Shown one piece after another: positions 47,976 through 56,135 of a DNA stretch of 64,000 nucleotides (positions are counted from its first letter, which is position 1; each line of letters starts with the position of its first letter). Below the pieces are notes generated by a model. It saw only the letters and a program-made list of their open reading frames with translations, was not told where the DNA came from and did no database searches. The DNA comes from an uncultured Candidatus Saccharibacteria bacterium (GTDB lineage: Bacteria > Patescibacteriota > Minisyncoccia > Phycocordibacterales > JACOZG01). A program made the position numbers and the translations under genes. The stretch lies in contig CAYNPK010000001.1 of the NCBI GenBank assembly GCA_964399075.1, forward strand, positions 55,457 to 119,456, in the 5' to 3' direction.

Positions 47976-48894
47976 CTTGAATAGGAATGAGAGGGTAACG
48001 TTCCTGATCAATAGTTCTAGTAAAACAGGTATAACCTGTTTCGTGTTCCCAATTTTGTTGGACATCACCAAGTTGAGTTGGCCTCATTATGGCGGGAGCA
48101 GTATTATCTCGATTAGCAAGATTAAAATCAGCGCATAATTCAAATTCTTCTGGACCAAGCACTCGATAATCGTAAGCGACTCCAGTTTGTGGATCAAGAG
48201 GAATCTGATAATTAGAAATAGGGTCACTTAAATCCGTGAGAGCAAGCGGTAGAGAGTGTTTCTGTTGCCAATAATTAACAATCTGCCACTGAATATTTTG
48301 CAAATCATTAATTTTTCTCTCGTCAAAGCGCATTAGACGAACCGTCTGCGGTGAACCCATAATTACAAAACCGCCAACGATAGAGGCAATAATAACTACC
48401 AGAGAACTGATCGCCATTATTTTATTTAAGCGCGAATTTGTTTCATTCCTGCGTACGTCATACAAATAATAACCAAAAACTGCCATGGCAATAATCAATA
48501 CTGCTAGAACCTTAAGAATAAAGCGCGTGGTTATCTCACCGCCCAGAAAGTAATTAATTAGAGTAATAAGATTAATTACCAGAGTGACTCCAGCCACAAA
48601 TAAAGTGATGTAAATCAACCACTTACGGATCCACAAATCGCGCTTAGCCGGATCTTGAACATAATTACGATTTAAAAGCCAAGACAATAACACATAGAGT
48701 GGGAAAACAATCAAGAGCGAAGCAATAGACCAACGAATACCGGCAGAATAAGGATCAGAAAAATAATATTCCAATTGATCGGGAAAAGAAATATTGATAA
48801 TTCTAAACAACAAAGTCAGTAAACTAATAGTGCTGACAAACAAGGCGACAATAACGCCAAGATGCAAAAAGAAATCTTTTGGTGTGGTTTTCAT
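47956..48894 (-). CDS. hypothetical polytopic membrane protein with C-terminal soluble domain
   Basis: 4-5 TM helices then a soluble tail; 20-bp overlap with the leuS start. Confidence 0.4.
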   Translation of the reverse strand: MKTTPKDFFLHLGVIVALFVSTISLLTLLFRIINISFPDQLEYYFSDPYSAGIRWSIASLLIVFPLYVLLSWLLNRNYVQDPAKRDLWIRKWLIYITLFVAGVTLVINLITLINYFLGGEITTRFILKVLAVLIIAMAVFGYYLYDVRRNETNSRLNKIMAISSLVVIIASIVGGFVIMGSPQTVRLMRFDERKINDLQNIQWQIVNYWQQKHSLPLALTDLSDPISNYQIPLDPQTGVAYDYRVLGPEEFELCADFNLANRDNTAPAIMRPTQLGDVQQNWEHETGYTCFTRTIDQERYPLIPIQDEKLRP

Positions 48895-48917
48895 CCTATA
48901 ACTATAACACGAAGCTC

Positions 48918-49901
48918 TTAAATTTTAAACTCGATGACGTCGCCATCCTTCACCACATATTCCTTACCTTCGGTGCGAAGCAAACCCTTCTCTCTCGCCA
49001 CGGCATGAGAACCAACCTTAAGTAAATCTTGATAATAAATTATTTCAGCTTTAATAAACTTTTCCTTAAAATCGGTGTGGATTGCCAAACCGGCCTCCGG
49101 CGCCGTGCTCCCCCGCTTGATCGTCCAAGCCCTAGTCTCATCGAGGCCGGTAGTAAAATAAGTAATCAGATTAAGCAAACGATAACTCTCCACAATTAGC
49201 TGATCTAAACCGACATTAAAAATTGGGTCAACTTCGACAAAAGCCGAAGTCAATTTAGTCTTGAGTTCAGCTAGAGCGTTATCACTAGCAGCAGAAGTGT
49301 TGAGAACATACAAGATCGGTTTGGCAGTCAAGAGTTGTAAATGAGAAATTGTCGGCGGTAGAGATCCTGCCAATTGCCCCGACTGCAGACGGGCTAGCAC
49401 TTGCTTCAGAGCTAACTCCTCGGTCACCGCCGTCTTGTCGCCACGCTTAGCGTCACGAGCAATATTCGACAACCTTTTCTCAACTGTTTCCGTATCAGCC
49501 AGAATTAATTCGAGATTGATTACTTCCACATCAGACAAAGGATTAACTTTGCCAGCCACATGGATCACCTCCTCATCCGCAAAGACTCTAACAACCTGCG
49601 CGATGGCATCAACCTCGCGAATATGACTTAGAAATTTATTACCCAAACCCTCACCCTTGGCCGCGCCGGCTACCAAGCCGGCAATATCAACAAATTGCAC
49701 AATCGCCGGAATCTTTTTAGCCGATTGAGACAGGGTTGCTAATTGATCAAGACGCTCGTCCGGCACCGCAACTACTCCCACCGAAGGATCGATAGTACAA
49801 AAAGGATAATTTTCTGCCGGTACCTGATTTTTCGTCAAAGCGTTAAAGAGCGTGGACTTGCCGACGTTAGGTAAACCGACAATGCCGATAGAGAGAGACA
49901 T
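48918..49901 (-). CDS. ychF: ribosome-binding ATPase YchF (Obg family)
   Basis: G1 [12 protein letters not shown]-like C-terminus ([13 protein letters not shown]). Confidence 0.85.
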   Translation of the reverse strand: MSLSIGIVGLPNVGKSTLFNALTKNQVPAENYPFCTIDPSVGVVAVPDERLDQLATLSQSAKKIPAIVQFVDIAGLVAGAAKGEGLGNKFLSHIREVDAIAQVVRVFADEEVIHVAGKVNPLSDVEVINLELILADTETVEKRLSNIARDAKRGDKTAVTEELALKQVLARLQSGQLAGSLPPTISHLQLLTAKPILYVLNTSAASDNALAELKTKLTSAFVEVDPIFNVGLDQLIVESYRLLNLITYFTTGLDETRAWTIKRGSTAPEAGLAIHTDFKEKFIKAEIIYYQDLLKVGSHAVAREKGLLRTEGKEYVVKDGDVIEFKI

Positions 49902-49910
49902 AATAAATAA

Positions 49911-50129
49911 TCAAGAAGTCAATTTAGCAATCTCTGATTGATAAGAAGTCATAACCTCAATAGCGGCTTGTTGTTGATCCATTCCACCATCCACTTTAGT
50001 TTTAATTTCCCCAGCGATCTTCTTAAACAACTCTGGATCCTTGTTCATCATCTTAACGATAGCGTCAGCTTGCTCGCTAGTAGCGCCCTGCGAACGTAAC
50101 ATTTTTTTAACCAAAAAATCTTTAAACAT
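49911..50129 (-). CDS. small helical protein (hypothetical)
   Basis: 72-aa ORF immediately downstream of ychF; no motif. Confidence 0.3.
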   Translation of the reverse strand: MFKDFLVKKMLRSQGATSEQADAIVKMMNKDPELFKKIAGEIKTKVDGGMDQQQAAIEVMTSYQSEIAKLTS

Positions 50130-50136
50130 AATGCGC

Positions 50137-50164
50137 TTTACTTTATCAAAATTCTCGCTATAGT
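50137..50164 (+). promoter_or_regulatory. putative promoter (TTTACT-N16-TATAGT) for the PRTase-like gene
   Basis: Followed by a strong AAGGAGG RBS 7 nt before ATG 50207. Confidence 0.35.
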
Positions 50165-50206
50165 GGAAGTGGCGCTCTTTAACACCAAGAAAGGAGGTGA
50201 TAAAAA

Positions 50207-50665
50207 ATGAGCGAGAATCTCTTCAGTCCTGAGCAGGTAGGGAGAATCTTTCAGAATCCCGGCCTCTTGGATCAGGCAGCTAATGCGGTCGCCATGACCT
50301 CATATCTTCTAGCCCCAAACGTTGTTCTTGGTCTAGAAGTTGAAGGCTGTGCTCTCGCGCCACGAGTGGCGGGCATGATCCAAAGTCTTAGCCGGCAACC
50401 GGTAAGATTTGCTCTCGATCTCGGGAGTGGAACCGACTTACAAAATCAAGGTGTCTTGATTGTAAGCGACGATCTTCCCGACCAAAAGATTCGAAAGGGG
50501 GTCATCAGAAAAATCGAGAAACAAGGCGGTCGCGTGCTTGGCTTTGTCGCTCTACGGTCGAGCGAAAAGGAAGAACCACAACGGTCTGGGAGGTTTCCAA
50601 CAAGGGAGACTGACCCCAGGATTGAGGTCATTCTGAACGGCGCGGGAGCGAGTGGGAGAACGTAA
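50207..50665 (+). CDS. type-I phosphoribosyltransferase-like protein with degenerate PRPP loop; high GC
   Basis: VLIVSDDL...GGRVLGFVAL resembles the PRTase PRPP-binding motif (VxxVDDxxTTGxT) but lacks the TxGxT. Own RBS, promoter and terminator. Confidence 0.5.
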   Translation: MSENLFSPEQVGRIFQNPGLLDQAANAVAMTSYLLAPNVVLGLEVEGCALAPRVAGMIQSLSRQPVRFALDLGSGTDLQNQGVLIVSDDLPDQKIRKGVIRKIEKQGGRVLGFVALRSSEKEEPQRSGRFPTRETDPRIEVILNGAGASGRT

Positions 50666-50709
50666 GATGAAGTCAGGTCATTTTTCTTCATCCTTTCTGG
50701 GTAAAACAG

Positions 50710-50752
50710 AGCCCCACAAATACACTTCTCAATGTGGGGCTCTTCTTATTTT
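50710..50752 (+). terminator. rho-independent terminator
   Basis: AGCCCCACA-loop14-TGTGGGGCT followed by CTTCTTATTTT. Confidence 0.6.
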
Positions 50753-50771
50753 CATGTTAATATTTTACTAA

Positions 50772-50844
50772 GGGCCGTTAGCTCAGTTGGTAGAGCGCTC
50801 CCATGGCATGGGAGAGGTCACCGGTTCAAATCCGGTACGGTCCA
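50772..50844 (+). tRNA. tRNA-Ala (anticodon GGC)
   Basis: Cloverleaf folds by hand: acceptor gggccgt/acggtcc with G3:U70 alanine identity pair; anticodon loop atGGCat; T-loop ttcaaat. Confidence 0.85.
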
Positions 50845-50884
50845 CAGGTCTCAATAAATAAATTGTTTTATTCAAAAAAATAAT

Positions 50885-51451
50885 ATGAACAAACGAGTAT
50901 TTATAATTCATGGCTGGGGAGGGTCGCCAGAGGGTGCAAGTTTGCCATGGCTGGCAAAAAAGCTCAAAGAAAAAGGTTTTGAAGTCTTTGCGCCCCAAAT
51001 GCCAAATACTGAAAATCCCAAAATTGAAGAATGGGTTTCGCGTCTTGCAGGGCTTGTTGGTACGGCTGATGAAAACACCTATTTCATTGGTCACAGTATC
51101 GGTTGCCAAGCGATCATGCGATATATTCAAACAATAGATCAAAAAATTGCTGGAGCTCTTTTTATTGCCGGGTGGTTTGTGTTGGATAATCTTGAAGACG
51201 ATGAGGATCCTGAAATAGCGCGTCCTTGGATTGAAGAACCAATTGATTTTGAAAAATTAAAAGTTGCTTCGGAAAATTATACGCTTCTTATTTCAGACAA
51301 TGATCCTTTTGGTGGGTTTGAGAAAAATATAGAAGAATTCAAAAAGATGAATGCTAAAATAATCATCCTGAAAGGCGCTGAACATATTGAAGATGTCGAA
51401 TTGCCAATTGCATTAGAAGAAGTTCTTTCGCAATACGAGAAGCACCCTTAG
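50885..51451 (+). CDS. alpha/beta hydrolase (RBBP9/YdeN-like serine hydrolase)
   Basis: FIIHGWGGS, nucleophile elbow GHSIG; about 188 aa. Stop codon lies inside the tRNA-Val 5' end. Confidence 0.7.
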   Translation: MNKRVFIIHGWGGSPEGASLPWLAKKLKEKGFEVFAPQMPNTENPKIEEWVSRLAGLVGTADENTYFIGHSIGCQAIMRYIQTIDQKIAGALFIAGWFVLDNLEDDEDPEIARPWIEEPIDFEKLKVASENYTLLISDNDPFGGFEKNIEEFKKMNAKIIILKGAEHIEDVELPIALEEVLSQYEKHP

Positions 51452-51515
51452 CTCAGCTGGTTAGAGCGTACGATTCACATTCGTAAGGTCGTAGGTTCAA
51501 CTCCTACAGGGTGCA
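51442..51515 (+). tRNA. tRNA-Val (anticodon CAC)
   Basis: Acceptor gcaccct/agggtgc, anticodon stem tacga/tcgta, loop ttCACat. Confidence 0.85.
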
Positions 51516-51549
51516 CTAGAGGAAAAAGAAATGCTAATATTGTCACCAA

Positions 51550-51625
51550 GGGCCGTTAGCTCAGTTGGTAGAGCGCTACATTCGCATTGTAGAGGTCACC
51601 GGTTCAAATCCGGTACGGTCCACCA
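51550..51625 (+). tRNA. tRNA-Ala (anticodon CGC), CCA encoded
   Basis: Identical to the GGC copy except the 17-nt anticodon arm (ctaca ttCGCat tgtag). G3:U70 present; ends ...acggtccaCCA. Confidence 0.85.
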
Positions 51626-51683
51626 AATTTGATTTGACGAAGGAACAGAAGCACTATGCCGATTGTTGTTATGAATTCCATTT

Positions 51684-51890
51684 CTATTTTTCTAGGCCAT
51701 GTAATCTTAAGCATCTTTCGTATCCAGTTTTCTGGTTGTTATTCCCAAAGCTATCCTTAGAATCATTAAAAGCATTAGGATATTGCTTGATACATTCTTT
51801 TCTGATTTGAGCTGGCCTTAACTGAAACCAATAAAAAGCGCCACCCAAGATAATCAATATTCCTAAAATTGAGAGTGCCTTATTTTTCAT
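51684..51890 (-). CDS. small membrane-anchored protein (hypothetical)
   Basis: N-terminal TM (ALSILGILIILGGAFYWF), 68 aa. Confidence 0.25.
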   Translation of the reverse strand: MKNKALSILGILIILGGAFYWFQLRPAQIRKECIKQYPNAFNDSKDSFGNNNQKTGYERCLRLHGLEK

Positions 51891-52077
51891 ATTTCTTTAG
51901 GAGATAAAGGATTAGGATGGCCGAAAAGAAATAAATAACAACTAAAGTGGGATTGTAATTGCAAGATGATAAACTTTGGAAACAGGGTCTTGCGTGGCTA
52001 GAAAACATACCACTAAGCGACCAAACGACCACCGCAATCTCTGTCAGTAATACTAGATATTTTTTAACCTTGCTCAT
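51880..52077 (-). CDS. small membrane protein (hypothetical)
   Basis: Two hydrophobic segments, 65 aa; 11-bp overlap with the downstream small ORF. Confidence 0.25.
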   Translation of the reverse strand: MSKVKKYLVLLTEIAVVVWSLSGMFSSHARPCFQSLSSCNYNPTLVVIYFFSAILILYLLKKYEK

Positions 52078-52118
52078 GTATCTAGTCTATACCTACCCCT
52101 TGCATAATTCAATTCCAA

Positions 52119-52151
52119 TAAAAAGGGCCGATGGAAATAAATCCACCGGCC
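52119..52151 (-). terminator. rho-independent terminator of the PEP-CTERM gene
   Basis: Minus strand: GGCCGGTGGA-loop7-TCCATCGGCC (one mismatch) then CTTTTTATT. Confidence 0.55.
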
Positions 52152-52181
52152 GAGTTTTATCTATTGTCTCACTGTGTCAAC

Positions 52182-52775
52182 CTACTGTCGTCGTCTACGC
52201 ACCAGCCCCAGGAACCCGAAACTCATGAGACCAAGCGATGCAGGTTCAGGAATCGGAATGCCAGTGAGAATGAAGTCATCAAAGTGCATCCGATCGCCAC
52301 TACTGTCCATAACGGCCGTTAGTCGTAAGGTGAAATTGGAATTGTCATCCGAAGCGACAGGCAAGAGAAGCGTCTCAGGACGCCAAACTGTTTCGGCCTG
52401 CAGTCCTTCGTAAGCAACAAGCTGCTCCCAATCAATGTTGTTGTTGGAGATCTCAACGCGAATGATGTCTTCATCCAGCTCTATACTCTCCCTTACTTTA
52501 TACCAATACTTGAGGGAGATGTTATGATAGCCAGCTAAAGAGATTTGTCCCATCAACTCATCACCCTGTTCAAACCCAGCACTCCGGCCATAAATATCGG
52601 CACTGAATTGACCAGAATGTGCTGTTTCAGTAGTCGTTCTCCATAAGCCAAAATTTCCAGGGAACCAGTTAGAGAAATTCCCCGACTCGAAATCGTCACT
52701 CCAAATCACTGCCTGGGCCCATGTCGGAACGCAAACCAACAACAACACCGTCACTGCCACAAAAATCGTCTTCAT
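52182..52775 (-). CDS. PEP-CTERM sorting-domain secreted protein; high GC
   Basis: Signal peptide MKTIFVAVTVLLLVCVPTWAQA. C-terminus PEPASLGLMSFGFLGLVRRRRQ is PEP motif, hydrophobic helix, then Arg cluster. AGGAGA RBS. Confidence 0.6.
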   Translation of the reverse strand: MKTIFVAVTVLLLVCVPTWAQAVIWSDDFESGNFSNWFPGNFGLWRTTTETAHSGQFSADIYGRSAGFEQGDELMGQISLAGYHNISLKYWYKVRESIELDEDIIRVEISNNNIDWEQLVAYEGLQAETVWRPETLLLPVASDDNSNFTLRLTAVMDSSGDRMHFDDFILTGIPIPEPASLGLMSFGFLGLVRRRRQ

Positions 52776-52976
52776 CTCGAATCTCCTGACAAAGAACCAT
52801 CGTGCCCAGAAAACATTTCCGAGCGCTTATCAAACTATAGACTGGCATTTATTCTCTATTAAGTCAATAGCTATTCAATTTGCCGAGCGCCTAAAATCAC
52901 TCCAGACGCTTCAAAAACCCAAGATTGTAGTTGGTTCCAACTTTGGCATACTAAGTCCACCAAACGAAATGAGAAA

Positions 52977-53108
52977 CTAAGACAAGAGGCGGGCGATCAA
53001 TATAATAAGCGCAATAGCAAGCAAGGTGTGAATGAGATTACCTCCCACCTTGAAGCTAAAGCCAAGGAGCCAGAGCACGACTAAAATAATGATAATTGTC
53101 CAAAGCAT
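52977..53108 (-). CDS. lmo0937-family small membrane protein (43 aa)
   Basis: Below the ORF-track size cutoff. My translation is MLWTIIIILVVLWLLGFSFKVGGNLIHTLLAIALIILIARLLS. Confidence 0.55.
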   Translation of the reverse strand: MLWTIIIILVVLWLLGFSFKVGGNLIHTLLAIALIILIARLLS

Positions 53109-53110
53109 AT

Positions 53111-53629
53111 TTAAGTTTGATTATTGTATAATATCTTAAGCTTGATAAGACCCCGATGCGCTTGCACGGCAACAGTATTTCTCGATTGACCCGTAATGAG
53201 AGCTATCTCTTTAAGCGAGAGATCCTGCGCATACCTCATTCACATCACTTTCTCGTATTTTGCCGGAAGGTACTTGATTAAGAGTAAGGCCACCTTACCG
53301 TCAAAGATGTTGGAAACGCGTTCGGAATGATCGAAACTTGGCTGAAAACCTTTTTCAAGAAGGACATCAAGAGAAGATGTCTTGTGTTTACGATATTCAT
53401 CAATAATCAGGTGATTCAGAATGTGGTACAAAAACGGCTTCATCAGATCAATCTTTCCTCCCTTAACGAGATAATCCCAAGTTTTAATGAAGGTGTCTTG
53501 AACCAAATCTTGACCAGTTGCATGATTGTGTACCTTGAAAAAAGCATGCGAATTCATCATTTTCCCATAGTCATGGTGGGCTACGGTCAATATTCCCTCT
53601 CGTTCAATTTTCTGCTTCGGAGTCATCAT
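53111..53629 (-). pseudogene. ECF-type sigma-70 family factor interrupted by a single in-frame TGA (region 2 in 53240..53629; region 4 HTH in 53111..53239)
   Basis: Upstream ORF ends ...LLIKYLPAKYEKVM-TGA and the same frame continues MRYAQDLSLKEIALITGQSRNTVAVQAHRGLIKLKIL. Together these reconstitute the canonical region-4 sequence (LPxxYRxVxxLRYxxDLSxKEIAxxxGxSxxTV). Confidence 0.55.
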
Positions 53630-53852
53630 ATATTAAGCCGAGCACAGGGTCATTTCATTACACAGCTATTACATAGTCGTGGTAATACTTAGGATTATCT
53701 AGATTGTTGGAACCCACCTGATGACAAAAGTATTACGACAATATCCAGCCAATGAGGAAGTGCTTGGTCTCATGAGCATACCACATCGCGCATCTTATAG
53801 CTAGTTATAGTTAGTTTTGTAATAATATCGACTTTCTAACGGCGTTTGCTGT

Positions 53853-54419
53853 ATGGAAAAGAATAAAAAAGTTGCGAAGCAAACACGTGTCACGATCGGG
53901 GCTGATTTCGTGGATCATTTTTGGGAAAAGAGTTGGACATATATTAAAACAGTGGTCGATGTCGTGCGCGAACCAGTTCTAATCTTAGATAAAAGTTTTC
54001 GCGTGATGACGGCTAACGAGTCTTTCTATCGGGCATTCCAGGTCGATCCAAGAGATACTGAACAGAAAATTGTGTACGAATTGGGAAACGGTCAGTGGGA
54101 TATCCCCGCTTTACGAAAATTGCTCGAGGATATTTTACCTAAGAACACCTTCTTCAAAGGATTCGAAGTTGTTCATGAGTTTCCCTCAATTGGACGCAAG
54201 ACCATGATCTTAAATGCCCGCCAAATTCATGTTAAAGAGGATACGGCCTTTCCGCCAATTATCCTTCTGGCCATAGAAGATGTTACAGAGATGATGGATG
54301 TGGCCGAGATGCTTGCCCGTCACACAAAGCAGTTTGAGGTTAAGACAGGAGAACGTATAGAAAAACTTGATAGTCATATCAAGAAATTGGAAAAAGAACT
54401 AAGTAGTCTTAAAAAATAA
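53853..54419 (+). CDS. stand-alone PAS domain protein with C-terminal coiled coil
   Basis: PAS fold pattern (VVREPVLILDKSFRVMTANESFYRAFQV...). Divergent from the split sigma factor. Confidence 0.6.
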   Translation: MEKNKKVAKQTRVTIGADFVDHFWEKSWTYIKTVVDVVREPVLILDKSFRVMTANESFYRAFQVDPRDTEQKIVYELGNGQWDIPALRKLLEDILPKNTFFKGFEVVHEFPSIGRKTMILNARQIHVKEDTAFPPIILLAIEDVTEMMDVAEMLARHTKQFEVKTGERIEKLDSHIKKLEKELSSLKK

Positions 54420-54443
54420 AATCTAAACAAATATTATATTATT

Positions 54444-54803
54444 ATGAATTCATCATATTCACCCACAACGAAACCACTTTATCGAGGCACCCAGATTATC
54501 TGGTACATTCTTGGCGTTATAGAATTATTGTTATTATTTCGATTTGCCCTGAAGTTACTTGGCGCAAATGCCGAAGCCGGTTTTACTAGTCTCATTTATG
54601 GAACGACAAATATTTTCGTATCTCCCTTTCTAAGTGTATTCCAAATCTCGCAAGGAGAAGGAATCATTTTTGAATGGACAACTCTTCTGGCAATGTTCGT
54701 GTATTGGGTTGTGGCAATGGGTATTATAAAGCTTCTCCTCATGGGGAAGAGCGTCTCAACACCCGAGGCAGCCCATGAGCTTAATGAGCAAGAAGACTTG
54801 TGA
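54444..54803 (+). CDS. YggT-family-like membrane protein
   Basis: Two TM helices, YggT-like motifs (IYGTTNIFVSPF ... EGIIFEWTTLLAMFVYW). Confidence 0.45.
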   Translation: MNSSYSPTTKPLYRGTQIIWYILGVIELLLLFRFALKLLGANAEAGFTSLIYGTTNIFVSPFLSVFQISQGEGIIFEWTTLLAMFVYWVVAMGIIKLLLMGKSVSTPEAAHELNEQEDL

Positions 54804-54908
54804 ATCTACAACAGGTCACGGTGATAATTACTGTAATAATACTGAATTCAGGACGGCATCATTATAAGTAGAGATTAAGCATAAAGGTCGATTATGTAGA
54901 AACCTCAA

Positions 54909-54924
54909 TAATCTCTAGAGATTA
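54909..54924. promoter_or_regulatory. 16-bp perfect palindrome TAATCTCTAGAGATTA (candidate operator)
   Basis: Centred about 27 bp upstream of the ATG of the small secreted-protein gene. Extends to 20 bp with one mismatch. Confidence 0.4.
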
Positions 54925-54942
54925 ATCCAAACAAAAAAACAT

Positions 54943-55230
54943 ATGGATAAAATAATAAAGCGACAAAGAAACGCATTACGCATAGGACTCGTCGGGGGAA
55001 CGATGATAGCAGTAGTAATGCTTCTCGGTCTTCCAAGCCTGACCCAGGCTGCAACATACGGATATGTGAGCACCAATGGCTACGTGAGATCTGTTGTTGC
55101 AAACGGTTGGCAGGAGGCGATAAACACCGCTTCTTCCCAAATCAGTTACAACAGTGGCGTGATCTTGCTCCAAACAGCAAAAGATTTCGACATGGTTGGC
55201 AACTACGTGACGGGAGTAAACAACAACTAG
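54943..55230 (+). CDS. small secreted protein (about 60-aa mature peptide, Gly/Tyr/Asn/Val-rich; bacteriocin-like?)
   Basis: Signal peptide ...MLLGLPSLTQA then ATYGYVSTNGYVRSVVANGWQEAINTASSQISYNSGVILLQ... No family recognised. Confidence 0.45.
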   Translation: MDKIIKRQRNALRIGLVGGTMIAVVMLLGLPSLTQAATYGYVSTNGYVRSVVANGWQEAINTASSQISYNSGVILLQTAKDFDMVGNYVTGVNNN

Positions 55231-55328
55231 TTTACTCGCTTCACGGATAGTAGATAGGTAGGCAGAATGAATAAGAATGAAAGGACGTCTAAATAGGCGT
55301 CTTTTCATTTTAATAGCGATAATTGTTG

Positions 55329-55360
55329 AATTAGAATAATTAGAATATAATTAGAATATG
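55329..55360. repeat. three tandem 10-11-bp repeats (AATTAGAATA / ATTAGAATATA / ATTAGAATATG) ending in the start codon of the downstream gene
   Basis: aattagaataattagaatataattagaatATG; the third copy contains ATG 55358. Confidence 0.5.
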
Positions 55361-56080
55361 GAAAGTTTTCCCGAGTTGGAAATTAAAGATTTCAGCGGTC
55401 AAGAATACGAAGAATTGTTTGTCACCACAATGAACGTTGGCTGGGACGCTGACGCTTTTTTGAATGCTCGAAAGCGCGAAGATCTTGAGAAAGTACCGTT
55501 TGGCACATACACTGATCCGATAATCAAAGACTGGTTTGACGAACAAGCTGATCCGGATCTGCCATCTTTTGACAAATGGAAAAAGCTCTCTTCGCTCGGC
55601 AAGAAACAAACATTGTTAGATTGGTTAATGACTAAACAACCAGAAGGTCGCCCAGACCTGGGAACAACACTTCGCAACTTAGTTGCTGAAGAATTAAATC
55701 TCGAACCAGGAGAAGTTGAGAAACTTAAACTCTATTCGTCTACTCATTCGCCTATAGATACCCTCTACGGCGTAGATGGTTTCTTCCGGTATCAAAATCA
55801 AACCGCCACTTTTGACTTAACGACTAATCCGGAAAAATTTGATTCTGGTGTAAAATATGGCAAGGCGGATGAAGTTATTTCTTGCGCTCCCTGGGATGAG
55901 GGCTGTCTCCGTAAGGCGGCTCGTGGCCTCGCCCATGAGATCAGAGCCAAGATTGAGCGAGTCGAAGCTGACCAACGTCAGGGAGCTAGAGATCCACGTC
56001 TCGCTAGTCAAGAGGAGCGTGATCGCGCTATTGCTAATCGCATCAAAGAGTTGAGGAAACGGAGGCGGTTGTTAAACTAG
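55358..56080 (+). CDS. hypothetical protein (acidic, no recognisable domain)
   Basis: 240-aa ORF; Arg-rich C-terminal helix (IKELRKRRRLLN). Confidence 0.4.
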   Translation: MESFPELEIKDFSGQEYEELFVTTMNVGWDADAFLNARKREDLEKVPFGTYTDPIIKDWFDEQADPDLPSFDKWKKLSSLGKKQTLLDWLMTKQPEGRPDLGTTLRNLVAEELNLEPGEVEKLKLYSSTHSPIDTLYGVDGFFRYQNQTATFDLTTNPEKFDSGVKYGKADEVISCAPWDEGCLRKAARGLAHEIRAKIERVEADQRQGARDPRLASQEERDRAIANRIKELRKRRRLLN

Positions 56081-56135
56081 AACGTAAAGCAAGATATTAT
56101 CACCAAGAACTTTTTCTGGTAAGATAGGTAATAAC

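Noticed and set aside
50207-50665. Calling the PRTase-like gene a retron/defence effector
   Set aside because: No reverse transcriptase, msr/msd-like structured repeat or partner gene is present in the window. Only the degenerate PRTase fold is visible, so the defence link is kept as a speculative note.
53240-53242. Genome-wide UGA reassignment (Gly as in SR1/Gracilibacteria, or Trp) as an explanation for the in-frame TGA in the sigma factor
   Set aside because: Many long conserved genes in the window (dnaK, leuS, valS, dnaB, uvrA) have uninterrupted frames. Several genes terminate at TGA at the positions expected from homology (for example the ATGA overlap at 8088-8091). UGA therefore appears to be a genuine stop here.
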